A stretch of 64,000 nucleotides of DNA from Candidatus Hadarchaeales archaeon. GTDB taxonomy: Archaea; Hadarchaeota; Hadarchaeia; Hadarchaeales; Hadarchaeaceae. A program made the translations under genes and the position numbers. Positions 1 through 9,487 of the stretch are shown one piece after another. Under the pieces are notes generated by a model, which was not told the origin of the DNA, made no database searches, and worked only from the letters and a program-made list of their open reading frames with translations. Location of the stretch: the NCBI GenBank assembly GCA_038851075.1, contig JAWCLG010000002.1, forward strand, positions 38,818-102,817. Direction: 5' to 3'. The stretch's first letter is position 1, and every line of letters begins with the position of its first letter.

Positions 1-413
1 ATCTCGCGGGCTTTTTCCGCGGCAAGCTTGTATCCTGATGTTACCACGGTAGGATGAATGTCCTGATCCAGCAGCTCCTCTGATTTTTTGAGCAGCTCTC
101 CTGCCAGCACCACGGCCGTAGTTGTCCCGTCCCCGACCTCGTTCTCCTGTGACTTTGAAACCTCAACCATCATCTTGGCGGCTGGATGCTCAACATCCAT
201 TGATTTCAGTATGGTCACTCCGTCATTAGTAATCGTGACATCACCGAGATTGTCTACAAGCATCTTATCCATTCCACGCGGCCCCAGGGTCGTTCTGACT
301 GCCTCCGCAATGACACGGGCGGCCATTATGTTCATGCGCTGGGCATCGCGCCCTAGGTACCTCTGCACCTTCTCAGGCAATATCAACACTGGCTGTCCAC
401 CCAACTGAGTCAA
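1..413 (-). CDS. ths: Thermosome (group II chaperonin) subunit, N-terminal part; the gene continues past the window edge
   Basis: The minus-strand translation reads [54 protein letters not shown]...[15 protein letters not shown], a typical thermosome N-terminus. A TTG start at 411-413 is likely. The annotated plus ORF 88-408 is antisense to this gene. Confidence 0.85.
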   Translation of the reverse strand, partial: MTQLGGQPVLILPEKVQRYLGRDAQRMNIMAARVIAEAVRTTLGPRGMDKMLVDNLGDVTITNDGVTILKSMDVEHPAAKMMVEVSKSQENEVGDGTTTAVVLAGELLKKSEELLDQDIHPTVVTSGYKLAAEKARE

Positions 414-498
414 GTTAATCCCCCACAGCTCTTACCAAGTATCACGGCTATCTCTTATATACGCATTTATTTATGAATTTTTTTGAGGTATAAAAATT

Positions 499-2091
499 TT
501 ACGCCTCTTTTTTAATTTCCCTTACCTGCTGGATGAACTTCCTGTACTCCTCCCCGTCCTTCAATCTCTCAATGTCCCTTCTATAGAGATCTGACTTGAG
601 GCTTTTGCCAGTCTTCTTTTCCCACTCATCAAACGATATCCCCTGGCTCTTCTGATCCCTGTCCCTGTACCAGTCGGGGATGACGTTGAAGGCGCAGAAG
701 GGCACCACCCTCTTATCAGTCATCACATAGTGTATACAGCAGCGCTTCACTCTCTCTATGTCATAGTTGTAAAGATCCATGAAGTGCATCATCCCTATGA
801 AGAGCGTTTTCATGTGGAACTTTCCGAGGGCGTCATAGTTGTGCCTGATTATAACGTCCAGGATAAGTCTGCCAACGTCAAGATCTTTTGGCTTGTTTTT
901 CTTATCTATGAACTTCCCGATGCTGGAGAGTATCTTCATGCCAACCAGCGCCCTGCCCTTCCCCCTTCTCAATTCATCCGCTTTTTCATCAAGATACTCT
1001 AGGAAGCCCTCCACATCGATAAACCTGGTGATCGGAATCACCCTTTCACCGTCCTTGAAAAGATAAGTGGCGGCGCCGCAGGCGAAATGGCTGCTCATAT
1101 CATACATGGTCTTTCCGGTGAAAGCCTCAAGGAAACCGCTTATCACCATTGCTGCAGGAACCGGGAAGAAGTCCTCAACCGATATCTCCCCACCTGTCTG
1201 TTCCTCAAGCTTACCAAGCACATCCGGAATCGTTATCCTGTACTTTTCTCTCTCCTCACGGGGCATCCTTCCGACGAGTGAGACGGGCTGAAAGTTGACC
1301 CCTCTGACCACATCAATATTTTTCAGACCAAACCTGACTATGTCTCCGATCTCATCGTCGTTAACGGACCTTATCACGGTCGGAACTAACACCACTCCCA
1401 TTCCAGCACTTTTGCAGTGCTCTAGAAGATACGGAACCTCCCAGTGGTTTTTTGGATTGCTCTTCTCCGTCAGCCCGTCAAAACTCAGGTAAAGCGTGTT
1501 CACTCCTGCCTCCCTCACTCTCCTCAGGAGCTCTGGGTCATGCGAAAGCCTTATCCCGTTCGTGTTGAGCTGAATATGATCGATTTTGTGCTTTTTTATT
1601 AATTTTATGATCTCAACTATATCCTCCCTCAAACACGGCTCACCGCCGGTTATCTGCACGGCGTTGCAAGGGATGGGCCTCTCATCCCTGAGTGTCTCCA
1701 CCATTTCCTCTATCTGGTCTATGGTGGGCTCGTAGATGTAACCAGCGCGACCTGAGTAGAAAAAACAGTACCAGCAGGCAAGGTCACAGCGGTTGGTCAC
1801 CACTATATTTGCTAGGGCTGTGTGGCTTTTGTGCATCGTGCAAAGGCCGCAATCCTTTGGGCATACCGGGTCGCTCTTTGTAACCTGCGGATTTTCCACC
1901 CCCTTTCCATCCCTGGCGTACCTCTTCGCCCTCTCGTACCATTTCATCGAGCCGAAGTACAGCTCCTCGAATTCACCGTGATCCGAACATGTCTTCTTTA
2001 TCCAGACCCTGCCATCCCTCCCGAATACCGTTGCAGGGACTATCTTCAAGCACTCTGGGCATACAGACTCCGTTTTTGCGAGTTCTTCCAT
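499..2091 (-). CDS. Radical SAM protein with an N-terminal rubredoxin-like Cys motif and extra Cys clusters; candidate tetraether lipid synthase (Tes/GDGT-MAS-like)
   Basis: 530 aa. CPEC...C.DHG at the N-terminus, then CPKDCGLC, then the radical SAM motif CDLACWYC, plus C-terminal Cys pairs (CCIHY, CAFN). The architecture resembles that reported for archaeal GDGT/MAS synthase. The gene is divergent from a CarS-like lipid gene. Confidence 0.75.
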   Translation of the reverse strand: MEELAKTESVCPECLKIVPATVFGRDGRVWIKKTCSDHGEFEELYFGSMKWYERAKRYARDGKGVENPQVTKSDPVCPKDCGLCTMHKSHTALANIVVTNRCDLACWYCFFYSGRAGYIYEPTIDQIEEMVETLRDERPIPCNAVQITGGEPCLREDIVEIIKLIKKHKIDHIQLNTNGIRLSHDPELLRRVREAGVNTLYLSFDGLTEKSNPKNHWEVPYLLEHCKSAGMGVVLVPTVIRSVNDDEIGDIVRFGLKNIDVVRGVNFQPVSLVGRMPREEREKYRITIPDVLGKLEEQTGGEISVEDFFPVPAAMVISGFLEAFTGKTMYDMSSHFACGAATYLFKDGERVIPITRFIDVEGFLEYLDEKADELRRGKGRALVGMKILSSIGKFIDKKNKPKDLDVGRLILDVIIRHNYDALGKFHMKTLFIGMMHFMDLYNYDIERVKRCCIHYVMTDKRVVPFCAFNVIPDWYRDRDQKSQGISFDEWEKKTGKSLKSDLYRRDIERLKDGEEYRKFIQQVREIKKEA

Positions 2092-2199
2092 GCTTCCACT
2101 GATTTTATCACTGGGGCGCTGATTTTAATCCTATCGTAGGCCCGATAACCGGCTGGCGGGTATTTTTAGATGTATGCTCCATCATTTTTGAGGTAGCGC

Positions 2200-2706
2200 A
2201 TGTGCGATGAGCTGGGAGGACTCATCTGCCGGGCAATATGGTTCATACTGCCTGCCTACGTCGCAAATGCTTCACCGGTCATTCTCGGAGGTGGGAGAGC
2301 AGTTGACGGCGGAAAAAAGATGAGGGACGGGCGTCCGATATTCGGCCCCGGCAAGACCATCAGAGGCATTGTCGGAGGCATGGCGGCCGGAACGGTAACT
2401 GGAATTATACAGGCGCTGCTCACGTCTTCTTCGCAATACATCCTGGTGGCGATTCTGCTCTCGGCGGGCGCGCTTATCGGTGATCTTTTAGGAAGCTTCA
2501 TAAAGAGGAGGCTGAACATACCTCGGGGAGGAGCCGCGCCGCTTCTTGATCAGCTTGGGTTCGTTATATTTGCCATTCTCATCGCAAGTCCATTTATGTT
2601 CCCTGGATGGGAAGCGGTGGTGATCATCATGCTCATCACTCCGCCGCTCCATCTCGCCACAAACTTCATCGGGTACAAAATGGGGGTAAAGAGCAGACCA
2701 TACTAG
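2200..2706 (+). CDS. carS: CDP-archaeol synthase (CarS, DUF46 family) membrane protein
   Basis: 168 aa polytopic membrane protein. The motif ILPAYVANASPVILGGG...DGGKKMRDGRPIFGPGKTIRG...GDLLGSFIKRR matches the CarS family pattern recalled from A. fulgidus CarS. Confidence 0.6.
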   Translation: MCDELGGLICRAIWFILPAYVANASPVILGGGRAVDGGKKMRDGRPIFGPGKTIRGIVGGMAAGTVTGIIQALLTSSSQYILVAILLSAGALIGDLLGSFIKRRLNIPRGGAAPLLDQLGFVIFAILIASPFMFPGWEAVVIIMLITPPLHLATNFIGYKMGVKSRPY

Positions 2707-3681
2707 GTGTGGTGTTTGAGGAGATATGATCTATTTGGCATCGGGACCGCGCTCGTGGACTCCGTTGCAAAGGTCGGGGATGACTTCATAAAAAAACTGG
2801 GATTAAAAAAAGAGGCCACGAACTATGTGACCCGCGATAGGCTGAACGAAATTCTAGGGGATCTCGGCAGCTCACTATTTTCCTGGCCCGGCGACAACGC
2901 CAGAAATGTCTGCGAGGGAATCGCGTTTATGGGCGGGAAAGCTGCATATGCTGGACGCATTGGCGGGGATCAGGAGGGCGTGTTTTTTGAAAAGGTGCTC
3001 AAACGCCTGGGAATAGAGTCGTTTCTAGAAGTCGGTCCTGGAAAGACTGGAAGAATAATAACTCTCGTTACGCCGGATATGTGCAGGACTTTCGTGGCTG
3101 ACCTCGGCAATGGAAACGGCTACTCCTCGGTTCCAGAATACGGGATAAAAAGCTCAAAATATCTGTTTCTCACATCAATAACAATGCTGAACGGTAAGAT
3201 CTCAGAAGTCGCGGAAAAAGCCTTGGATATTGCCAAAAAATCTGGAGTTTCCGTTTCGATCTCGCTGGAGAGCGCACCTATGATACTGGAGAACAGAGAA
3301 CGTCTTGTCTCTGAGGTCGCTAAGTCTGATGTTCTATTCGGGAACGAGATGGAGATATCGGCGCTAACCGGGATGGGCGCTGAGAATGGCGCAAAAAAAC
3401 TTGCCAGAAGGATACCCATCATATGTCTGAAAATGGGTGAAAGAGGATCTAAAATATTCTCAGGAGGACGCATAATTTCCGTACCACCGCACCCGGCATC
3501 TGTCAGAGACCCTACTGGTGCCGGAGATTATTACGCCGCGGGCTTCATATTCGGAATGATTAGGGGGAAAACAGTTGAGGAATGCGGAGAGATGGGGGCA
3601 AAGCTGGCATCTATGGCTATAGAAAACCTGTGCGCCACTCTGACTGAAAGAGAGGACCACGATATTTATCCAATAAATTGA
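2707..3681 (+). CDS. PfkB-family carbohydrate/nucleoside kinase (ribokinase-like)
   Basis: N-terminal GIGTALVD and C-terminal DPTGAGDYYAAGF signature motifs. 324 aa. Confidence 0.85.
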   Translation: MWCLRRYDLFGIGTALVDSVAKVGDDFIKKLGLKKEATNYVTRDRLNEILGDLGSSLFSWPGDNARNVCEGIAFMGGKAAYAGRIGGDQEGVFFEKVLKRLGIESFLEVGPGKTGRIITLVTPDMCRTFVADLGNGNGYSSVPEYGIKSSKYLFLTSITMLNGKISEVAEKALDIAKKSGVSVSISLESAPMILENRERLVSEVAKSDVLFGNEMEISALTGMGAENGAKKLARRIPIICLKMGERGSKIFSGGRIISVPPHPASVRDPTGAGDYYAAGFIFGMIRGKTVEECGEMGAKLASMAIENLCATLTEREDHDIYPIN

Positions 3682-3700
3682 CAGTATTATATGGTGAAAC

Positions 3701-3871
3701 ATGGGGAGAGTGACCGGAGCCTGCAGCATATGCGGCAAGATAAGCACCGATGTGTACCGATGCAGCATCTGCGGGGGAGTGGTATGCTCCGGCTGCTTCA
3801 TGAAAGACGTGAACGTCTGCAAGAAATGCGTTAGAAAGGGTCTCTGGGTTGAAAGACAGGGCGCCGAGTGA
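3701..3871 (+). CDS. Small double zinc-ribbon protein of 56 aa, below the ORF-track length cutoff
   Basis: The hand translation reads MGRVTGACSICGKISTDVYRCSICGGVVCSGCFMKDVNVCKKCVRKGLWVERQGAE, which contains eight Cys residues in four CxxC/CxxC-like pairs (C8/C11, C21/C24, C29/C32, C40/C43). Its stop overlaps the ATG of the downstream Toprim gene (tgATG), which implies translational coupling. Confidence 0.5.
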   Translation: MGRVTGACSICGKISTDVYRCSICGGVVCSGCFMKDVNVCKKCVRKGLWVERQGAE

Positions 3872-4275
3872 TGGATTTGCTTGAAGAGGGCGCGGCAGAA
3901 GAACTGGAAAAGGTAATCTCCGAACTTAAGGAAATGGCTTCCCGCGGAATATCGATAATAGTGGAGGGCGAGGAGGACGTGAAAGCCTTGGCAGAAATCA
4001 ACATAACCGGTGATGTCAGGAAGATATCCGGGCATGGATCTCTGCTGAACTTCATTGAATGCTTTTCCGGGCATGAGGAGGTGATTATCCTCGCCGACTT
4101 TGACCGCGCCGGAGAAGAACTCGCCCGTTTCTGCGAAAAACATCTCAAAAGCATTGGGGTCAGACCAAACACAGAAATAAGGAAAAAGCTGAAGGGGCTG
4201 CTTACCCGGGAAGCGAGAGACATACCCGGAGTCGTGAGGACTGTCAGGTCCTGCGGGATCTCCTGTATGAAATAA
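3871..4275 (+). CDS. Small Toprim-domain protein (COG1658-like)
   Basis: IIVEGEEDVKAL and ILADFDRAGEEL match the Toprim E and DxD motifs. About 134 aa. The ATG at 3871 is preferred over the GTG at 3868. Confidence 0.8.
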   Translation: MDLLEEGAAEELEKVISELKEMASRGISIIVEGEEDVKALAEINITGDVRKISGHGSLLNFIECFSGHEEVIILADFDRAGEELARFCEKHLKSIGVRPNTEIRKKLKGLLTREARDIPGVVRTVRSCGISCMK

Positions 4276-4852
4276 ACTTAGAAACCAGGTCAGGTTTGAA
4301 ACCTATTTTCTCCAGTTTCTTTTTTATTTCCGTCTCCTTCATGCCCTCTCCCATGAACCTGGCGTATAACTTCTCCATGGTCTCAAATCTCTCATGAGGG
4401 AAACAAACCCACGCATCGGTGTTTCGCACGTTGAAATCTGGCTTTATAATCGACCATGGCTTCTGATAAAGCGTGCAAACCCTGACCTCGGAAGCTCCCA
4501 TTTTCACGAGATGCTCCTTCACCATCCTCAGGCTGTTTCCGGAGTCCGCTATGTCATCCACAAGAAGCACCCTTCTGCCTTTAACATCAACAGAGAGCGG
4601 CTGTGTTATCTCGGGCTTATCTCTAGTACTGTATATGCCGTGATAGTACTCGACTCTTATAGTCGCGAGATTATGATTGCCGAGGATATCTGAAAGAACT
4701 CGGCCTGGTATCCATCCGCCTCTGGAAACCGCTATAATGATCTCGGGATTGTAACCGCTGCGGATCACTTGGTCGGCGACCTCAATGCAAAGATTGTATA
4801 TCAGATCCCAGCTCGGAACTTCATACTTGTCAGGCTTTTTATCCTCGCTCAC
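4244..4852 (-). CDS. Purine phosphoribosyltransferase (HGPRT/XPRT-like)
   Basis: PRPP-binding motif VLLVDDIADSGNSL. 202 aa. Confidence 0.85.
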   Translation of the reverse strand: MSEDKKPDKYEVPSWDLIYNLCIEVADQVIRSGYNPEIIIAVSRGGWIPGRVLSDILGNHNLATIRVEYYHGIYSTRDKPEITQPLSVDVKGRRVLLVDDIADSGNSLRMVKEHLVKMGASEVRVCTLYQKPWSIIKPDFNVRNTDAWVCFPHERFETMEKLYARFMGEGMKETEIKKKLEKIGFKPDLVSKFISYRRSRRT

Positions 4853-4929
4853 GGTCCATACTCCTCAGGATTGACTAAAAAACGTTCCTCCGAACATTTT
4901 ATTTTAACCGCCGGTAGAGATGGAGCGGG

Positions 4930-5364
4930 ATGAAGTTGGAGTGGCTATCTTTCTTAGTCTCTCTAGTGCCATTCGTGGAACTCCGAGGCGCATTTTTCAT
5001 GGCAGCGGTCTTCTATCCGCTGGAGGTGGCGCTCGTAGGATGCGTTGTGCTGAACATCTTAGTTGTACCGATTGCTTTCCTCATCATCGACTTCATACTG
5101 CCGAGGCTCGCATCCAGATACAAGACCATCGACGGGTTTTTCAGATGGGCCAGGAGAAGAGCCGAAAATCACGGCAATCTCACTTTTAGCATGCTGCTGC
5201 TTTTTGTCGCGGTTCCGATCCCCGGATCAGGGGCATACACAGGATCGCTGATAGCATGCGTCACCGGCATGAAAAGGTCCAGAGCATTTATTGCTATTTC
5301 GCTGGGAGTGTTATTTGCAGGCCTGATACTGTACTCGATCGTCAAAATGACCTATGCGTCGTGA
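4930..5364 (+). CDS. Small polytopic membrane protein (COG2426 / small multidrug-export-like family)
   Basis: 144 aa with four predicted TM segments and a VPIPGSGAYTGS motif. Confidence 0.6.
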   Translation: MKLEWLSFLVSLVPFVELRGAFFMAAVFYPLEVALVGCVVLNILVVPIAFLIIDFILPRLASRYKTIDGFFRWARRRAENHGNLTFSMLLLFVAVPIPGSGAYTGSLIACVTGMKRSRAFIAISLGVLFAGLILYSIVKMTYAS

Positions 5365-5502
5365 ACGATGGATAACATATTTGTTTTTAATATAACAAAT
5401 AAGGAGCACCTTTTTATCTTATGAATTTTCTATTACAGTAATGGTCATCAACTCAAGCCAGAATCACGATCAAACTTATTCTGGCTGGAAGGGCGTCAGC
5501 CC

Positions 5503-6723
5503 GTGGAAGAAAAAAATCTGAGAGAGCTGGTAGCCGAAAAAATTAACAAAAAGGAGGGTTCGGCTGTGCGAGATGATAGCGGTACTGTAAAGTACGTGAT
5601 ACACGCGAAGATAGAGGCAAGCGGTGTTGTTGAGAGGCCTGATGTGGTCGGAGCCATATTTGGACAAACTGAGGGGTTGCTCGGGGAGGATCTGGACCTC
5701 AGAGAGCTGCTTAAAACCGGAAGGATAGGCAGGATAAACGTTAACATAAACTCCGTCCAAGGAAAGTCCACCGGAACGATAAGCATACCATCAAGTCTTG
5801 ACAGGATAGAAACCGCGATAATAGGTGCGGCGCTGGAAACAATAGAAAGAGTCGGCCCGTGCGAGGCCAAAATAACCGTTGAAAAAATAGAGGACGTCAG
5901 GGGTGTCAAGCGAAAGTTCGTCATAGACCGTGCGAAGAAGCTGTTGGAACAGTTCGGAGAAACCGCAACCGAATCTCAGGAGCTGACTGAAAGAGTTAAG
6001 GACTCGATAAGGGTCGAAGAGATATCTGAATATAAAGGTTTGCCGGCTGGGCCTGGGGTTCAGGATTCCGATGCTATAGTGATAGTTGAGGGCAGGGCAG
6101 ATGTCCTCAACCTGCTCAGGGCAGGGATAAGAAACTCCATAGCGGTGGAGGGGACCAATATACCTGAAGCGGTGGTGGAACTCTGCAAGGGTAAGACCGT
6201 GACGGCATTCTTCGATCACGACAGAGGTGGAGAGCTTATAATGAAAGAGTTGCTTCAGAGGGCTGACATCGATTTCGTGGCAAAGCCTCCGCCCGGAAGA
6301 AGCGTTGAAGACCTCACGCGAAAGGAGATAATAAAGGCGCTGAGGGAAAAGGTACCAGTGGAGCAGGCAATTCTCGAGCAGAGGATAAAGTTCGAACCGG
6401 AATCGAGGAAAGAGCATGGAAACCACATCACCGATATTCTGGAGAGGATCTTAGAGTCCCTGAAAGGAACCCTCAAAGCGGTGCTGCTTAATGGCCGTCT
6501 TGAACCGGTATCCGAGGTTCCCGTGAGCGGGCTCAGGGATGCGATCACCAACGGCGAGGATATCATGGCGGTTGTCCTTGACGGAGTAATCACGCAGGAA
6601 CTTTCAGAGCTAGCTGCATCAAAGAACGTGAAGTACATAGTCGGGGTACGGTCAAGAGTTACTGCACCCCCAAAGGACATCAAGGTTCTTACACTTGATG
6701 ATATCAGGTTCAGAAGACCGTGA
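5503..6723 (+). CDS. dnaG: Archaeal DnaG primase (Toprim; also an exosome-associated protein)
   Basis: [74 protein letters not shown] and [10 protein letters not shown] align closely with archaeal DnaG. GTG start. Confidence 0.9.
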   Translation: MEEKNLRELVAEKINKKEGSAVRDDSGTVKYVIHAKIEASGVVERPDVVGAIFGQTEGLLGEDLDLRELLKTGRIGRINVNINSVQGKSTGTISIPSSLDRIETAIIGAALETIERVGPCEAKITVEKIEDVRGVKRKFVIDRAKKLLEQFGETATESQELTERVKDSIRVEEISEYKGLPAGPGVQDSDAIVIVEGRADVLNLLRAGIRNSIAVEGTNIPEAVVELCKGKTVTAFFDHDRGGELIMKELLQRADIDFVAKPPPGRSVEDLTRKEIIKALREKVPVEQAILEQRIKFEPESRKEHGNHITDILERILESLKGTLKAVLLNGRLEPVSEVPVSGLRDAITNGEDIMAVVLDGVITQELSELAASKNVKYIVGVRSRVTAPPKDIKVLTLDDIRFRRP

Positions 6724-7179
6724 TTATTTTCTAAACCTGATCTCCATGGCAATTGCCGTTTCACCGTCTTCGTAGTAGTACGGTAGCTCCTCCATTTTCC
6801 TGAATCCGAGTCCCTGGTAAAACCTCTGGGCCCGGATATTGCTTTTCCTGACCTCCAGTCTTATCACATTTGACCCCTTTAACACGAGCTTCTCCATGAC
6901 CTTCTGCATCAGGGCGCTCCCGATACCGCGGCACCGATAATCTGGATCAACTCCTATCGCCAGTATGTGGCCGGTGGCCCCCCATCTCAACGCTCCGATA
7001 ACATAACCAACCACCTTTCCGCATACCTCCGCTACATAAAAGGTATCTGGATGCAGAAGCATGAGCCTGTGCAACAGCGAAATGGGGTATGGATCCGGGA
7101 AGCATCTATACTCTATCTCCAGCACAACCGGCAGGTCCATCTCTGTTACTTCCCTCAGTGAGAACCTTCCGTCCTCCAT
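6724..7179 (-). CDS. rimI: GNAT N-acetyltransferase, RimI-like
   Basis: GNAT core (RCRGIGSALM, QGLGFRK). The annotated ORF extends to 7257. The internal start MEDGRFSLREVTEMDLPVVLEIE at 7179 fits RimI length and avoids overlap with the convergent Hjc-like gene. Confidence 0.75.
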   Translation of the reverse strand: MEDGRFSLREVTEMDLPVVLEIEYRCFPDPYPISLLHRLMLLHPDTFYVAEVCGKVVGYVIGALRWGATGHILAIGVDPDYRCRGIGSALMQKVMEKLVLKGSNVIRLEVRKSNIRAQRFYQGLGFRKMEELPYYYEDGETAIAMEIRFRK

Positions 7180-7207
7180 GGAATTCCCCAAAATATATTT
7201 TACGGAC

Positions 7208-7618
7208 ATGATAAAATCAGTGAGTGATGACATGGTAACACCCAAAAAAAGGGGCACAAGATTCGAATACAGGGTCGCCTACCTATTTGAAAAATACGGT
7301 TATTCTTGGGACAGGTCAAGAAGCTCCATGGGAATAGATCTCAAGATCACAAGAAACGGCAAGCTCCGTTATCTAATCAGCTGCAAAAAGACTTCAAAAA
7401 ACGGCCCGATATACATCCCGCTCGAAGAAGTTTCAAGACTTGAAAAATATTCCAGAGAAACACGGGCTGATGGGATGATATGCTTCGGCTTTAACAGAAC
7501 AGCCATCTTTTTTCTGAAACTTAAAGACGTCGCGCTGCTCGAGAAAACGCGCCAGTACTACAAAATAAATCGCGGCGATGGACATATTCTCGAAAACATG
7601 CTAAAGAAGATCAGATAA
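7208..7618 (+). CDS. Hjc-like Holliday junction resolvase-fold protein (PD-(D/E)xK); the motif E appears replaced
   Basis: MIKSVSDDMVTPKKRGTRFEYRVAYLFEKYGYSWDRSRSSMGIDLKITRNGKLRYLISCKK aligns with Pfu Hjc in the E...D...ExK region. The expected E-V-K appears as S-C-K. The annotated ORF starts upstream at 7061; its first 49 aa look non-coding. Confidence 0.55.
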   Translation: MIKSVSDDMVTPKKRGTRFEYRVAYLFEKYGYSWDRSRSSMGIDLKITRNGKLRYLISCKKTSKNGPIYIPLEEVSRLEKYSRETRADGMICFGFNRTAIFFLKLKDVALLEKTRQYYKINRGDGHILENMLKKIR

Positions 7619-7650
7619 TTTGTATCGTTGTCTGATTATCCCGCTAACTT

Positions 7651-9291
7651 TCAGGTCGATTGTCTTTGGGGAATCCTATTTCTTGGCAGATTGAGGCCCA
7701 GAAAATTCATCACCGGTCTAACGCTTTTGGTTCCATACCTCCACCTCAGGTATGCCCAGTAGAAGAAGAATCCTGCGGCTTTTATTATCCGTTCGTTTTC
7801 TCTCTTCCATATTTTTATATTCCTATCCCACGCGGTTGCTATGATCTCCCACTGAAGCTCAGTCGTGTTTTCAAACCCGACGCATTTTTCCTTTTCCCAG
7901 TAAGTGCCCTTTATCGGGATGAAGATGACCGGAACGTAGAACAGCTTCTTGTCCTTTATCCTATCAAAAAGCTCGAGAGTTGCAATCGTATCCTCCTCCG
8001 TCTCATCCGGAGACCCAACCAAAAATGTGCAGAGCGGGTACCAGCAGTTATCGTTCAGTATCCCCAGCCCGGTGTCTACTATTTCATGCCATCTGTCAAC
8101 CGTGAACGGAAGGGCTTTCCCACGCATACCTTTCTCCATGAGTCTGACGCTGCCGGTTTCTATTCCTATCTCCGCGGTGGTGTATGTCTTTCCGTTAAGG
8201 CGGCGTTTTGATTTTTCCAGCAATATCGGGCTGAGCTCCTCGATCATCTTGGGGTCTGCTACTACCGGCGCGATTGCCGCATGCGACAGATGAATTTCCT
8301 CAACGCCTGGGTATCCGGCTATCCTCGAAAAAAGTTCAATGACCTTTTCCCTGTTAGGAACGAAATTTGGGCCGACCTCGTAGAGAAAGATATCGTCCGA
8401 AATAACGAATATTGATTTTGATCCTCCCTTTACGTTTACCTCAACCTCCTTCATTATGAAATCGATTGGGAAAGAGTAACGCTTCTTCGTTGTAGGGTAG
8501 CAGAACTGGCATCCTCTCCCGCACCCCCTCGTTATCTCAATACAGCCATAACTCGCAGGCCTGATTATCGGAGGAATGTTGTCACGCTCTGGATCGACTT
8601 TTTCCATAGTTATGTCTCTCGGAACATCTTTACCTTCGAGTATGTCACGCACTAAGCTGCCCAAACCGCGTTCCACGTCCCCGTGGACAAGCACGTCTAT
8701 GCCAAACGCATCCTGCATTTTGACCTCCTTTATCTGCCATGCGCCCGGGCCTCCCACGACAAGCTTTGTTTTTGTCCTGTCCCTTTCACGTATCACGGGG
8801 TGCTCCATCAGCTGTTTAAAGTAAAAATAGTTAACAGAATCACCGCCGAACCCAAGAAGCTCATTGTAGGTCCTGCTCACATATGCGAACCCCATGGGGT
8901 CATGGCTCGAAACGCCTATCATTTTCGTATTCTTCCCAACAAATTTGCTTAGGGTATTCGGATGTGCGACAGCAACACTTTCCTCGCCAAATTCTCTCGC
9001 CAGAATCGCCTCAATCCTGCGCAAACCATAAGAAACGAATTTTGGTCTTCCCTGATCATCAAGCTTTGGTTCGAAGTATCTGACAAGAAAACGGCGAACG
9101 AGCCTGTGCGGGAAAGTAGACATAAATGCCACGAACGGGTCTCCGCCAAAATCGCTCATTGTAGGCAGATCAGATGTTAAAACTATCGGATAACCGTTGG
9201 TCCCCTCCTCGGATCCGGAACTGCCCTCCCCGGCTCGCGTTCCCCCAGAAAACACTCTCGAAAGCATTTTTACCTCCAGACCTTTATCCAT
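7651..9291 (-). CDS. B12-binding-domain radical SAM protein (class B)
   Basis: 546 aa. A B12-binding-like N-terminal region precedes the radical SAM motif CGRGCQFC. Candidate archaeal lipid or cofactor tailoring enzyme. Confidence 0.8.
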   Translation of the reverse strand: MDKGLEVKMLSRVFSGGTRAGEGSSGSEEGTNGYPIVLTSDLPTMSDFGGDPFVAFMSTFPHRLVRRFLVRYFEPKLDDQGRPKFVSYGLRRIEAILAREFGEESVAVAHPNTLSKFVGKNTKMIGVSSHDPMGFAYVSRTYNELLGFGGDSVNYFYFKQLMEHPVIRERDRTKTKLVVGGPGAWQIKEVKMQDAFGIDVLVHGDVERGLGSLVRDILEGKDVPRDITMEKVDPERDNIPPIIRPASYGCIEITRGCGRGCQFCYPTTKKRYSFPIDFIMKEVEVNVKGGSKSIFVISDDIFLYEVGPNFVPNREKVIELFSRIAGYPGVEEIHLSHAAIAPVVADPKMIEELSPILLEKSKRRLNGKTYTTAEIGIETGSVRLMEKGMRGKALPFTVDRWHEIVDTGLGILNDNCWYPLCTFLVGSPDETEEDTIATLELFDRIKDKKLFYVPVIFIPIKGTYWEKEKCVGFENTTELQWEIIATAWDRNIKIWKRENERIIKAAGFFFYWAYLRWRYGTKSVRPVMNFLGLNLPRNRIPQRQST

Positions 9292-9487
9292 TTCATCTAT
9301 CTGAAAAAATATATTCGCCCCTCATTTAATTTAAACTCGTGAGTTATTTGAACCAATCCCCCCCAGCAGATTTTTAATGGCGTCTCGCAAGAAATCTTAC
9401 GCCTGATGTTTAAATCCAGGCGCTCCAGCGAACTCGAAAAGCTCAGATAAAGACTTAAATCGTCGGTTAAATTAGTTATTGGATTAG

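Noticed and set aside
88-408. Plus-strand ORF of 106 aa
   Set aside because: It is antisense to the well-supported thermosome N-terminus and has low-complexity Ser/Thr-rich composition.
3460-4223. Two minus-strand ORFs of 227 and 130 aa
   Set aside because: They are antisense to the PfkB kinase and Toprim genes and have no recognisable motifs.
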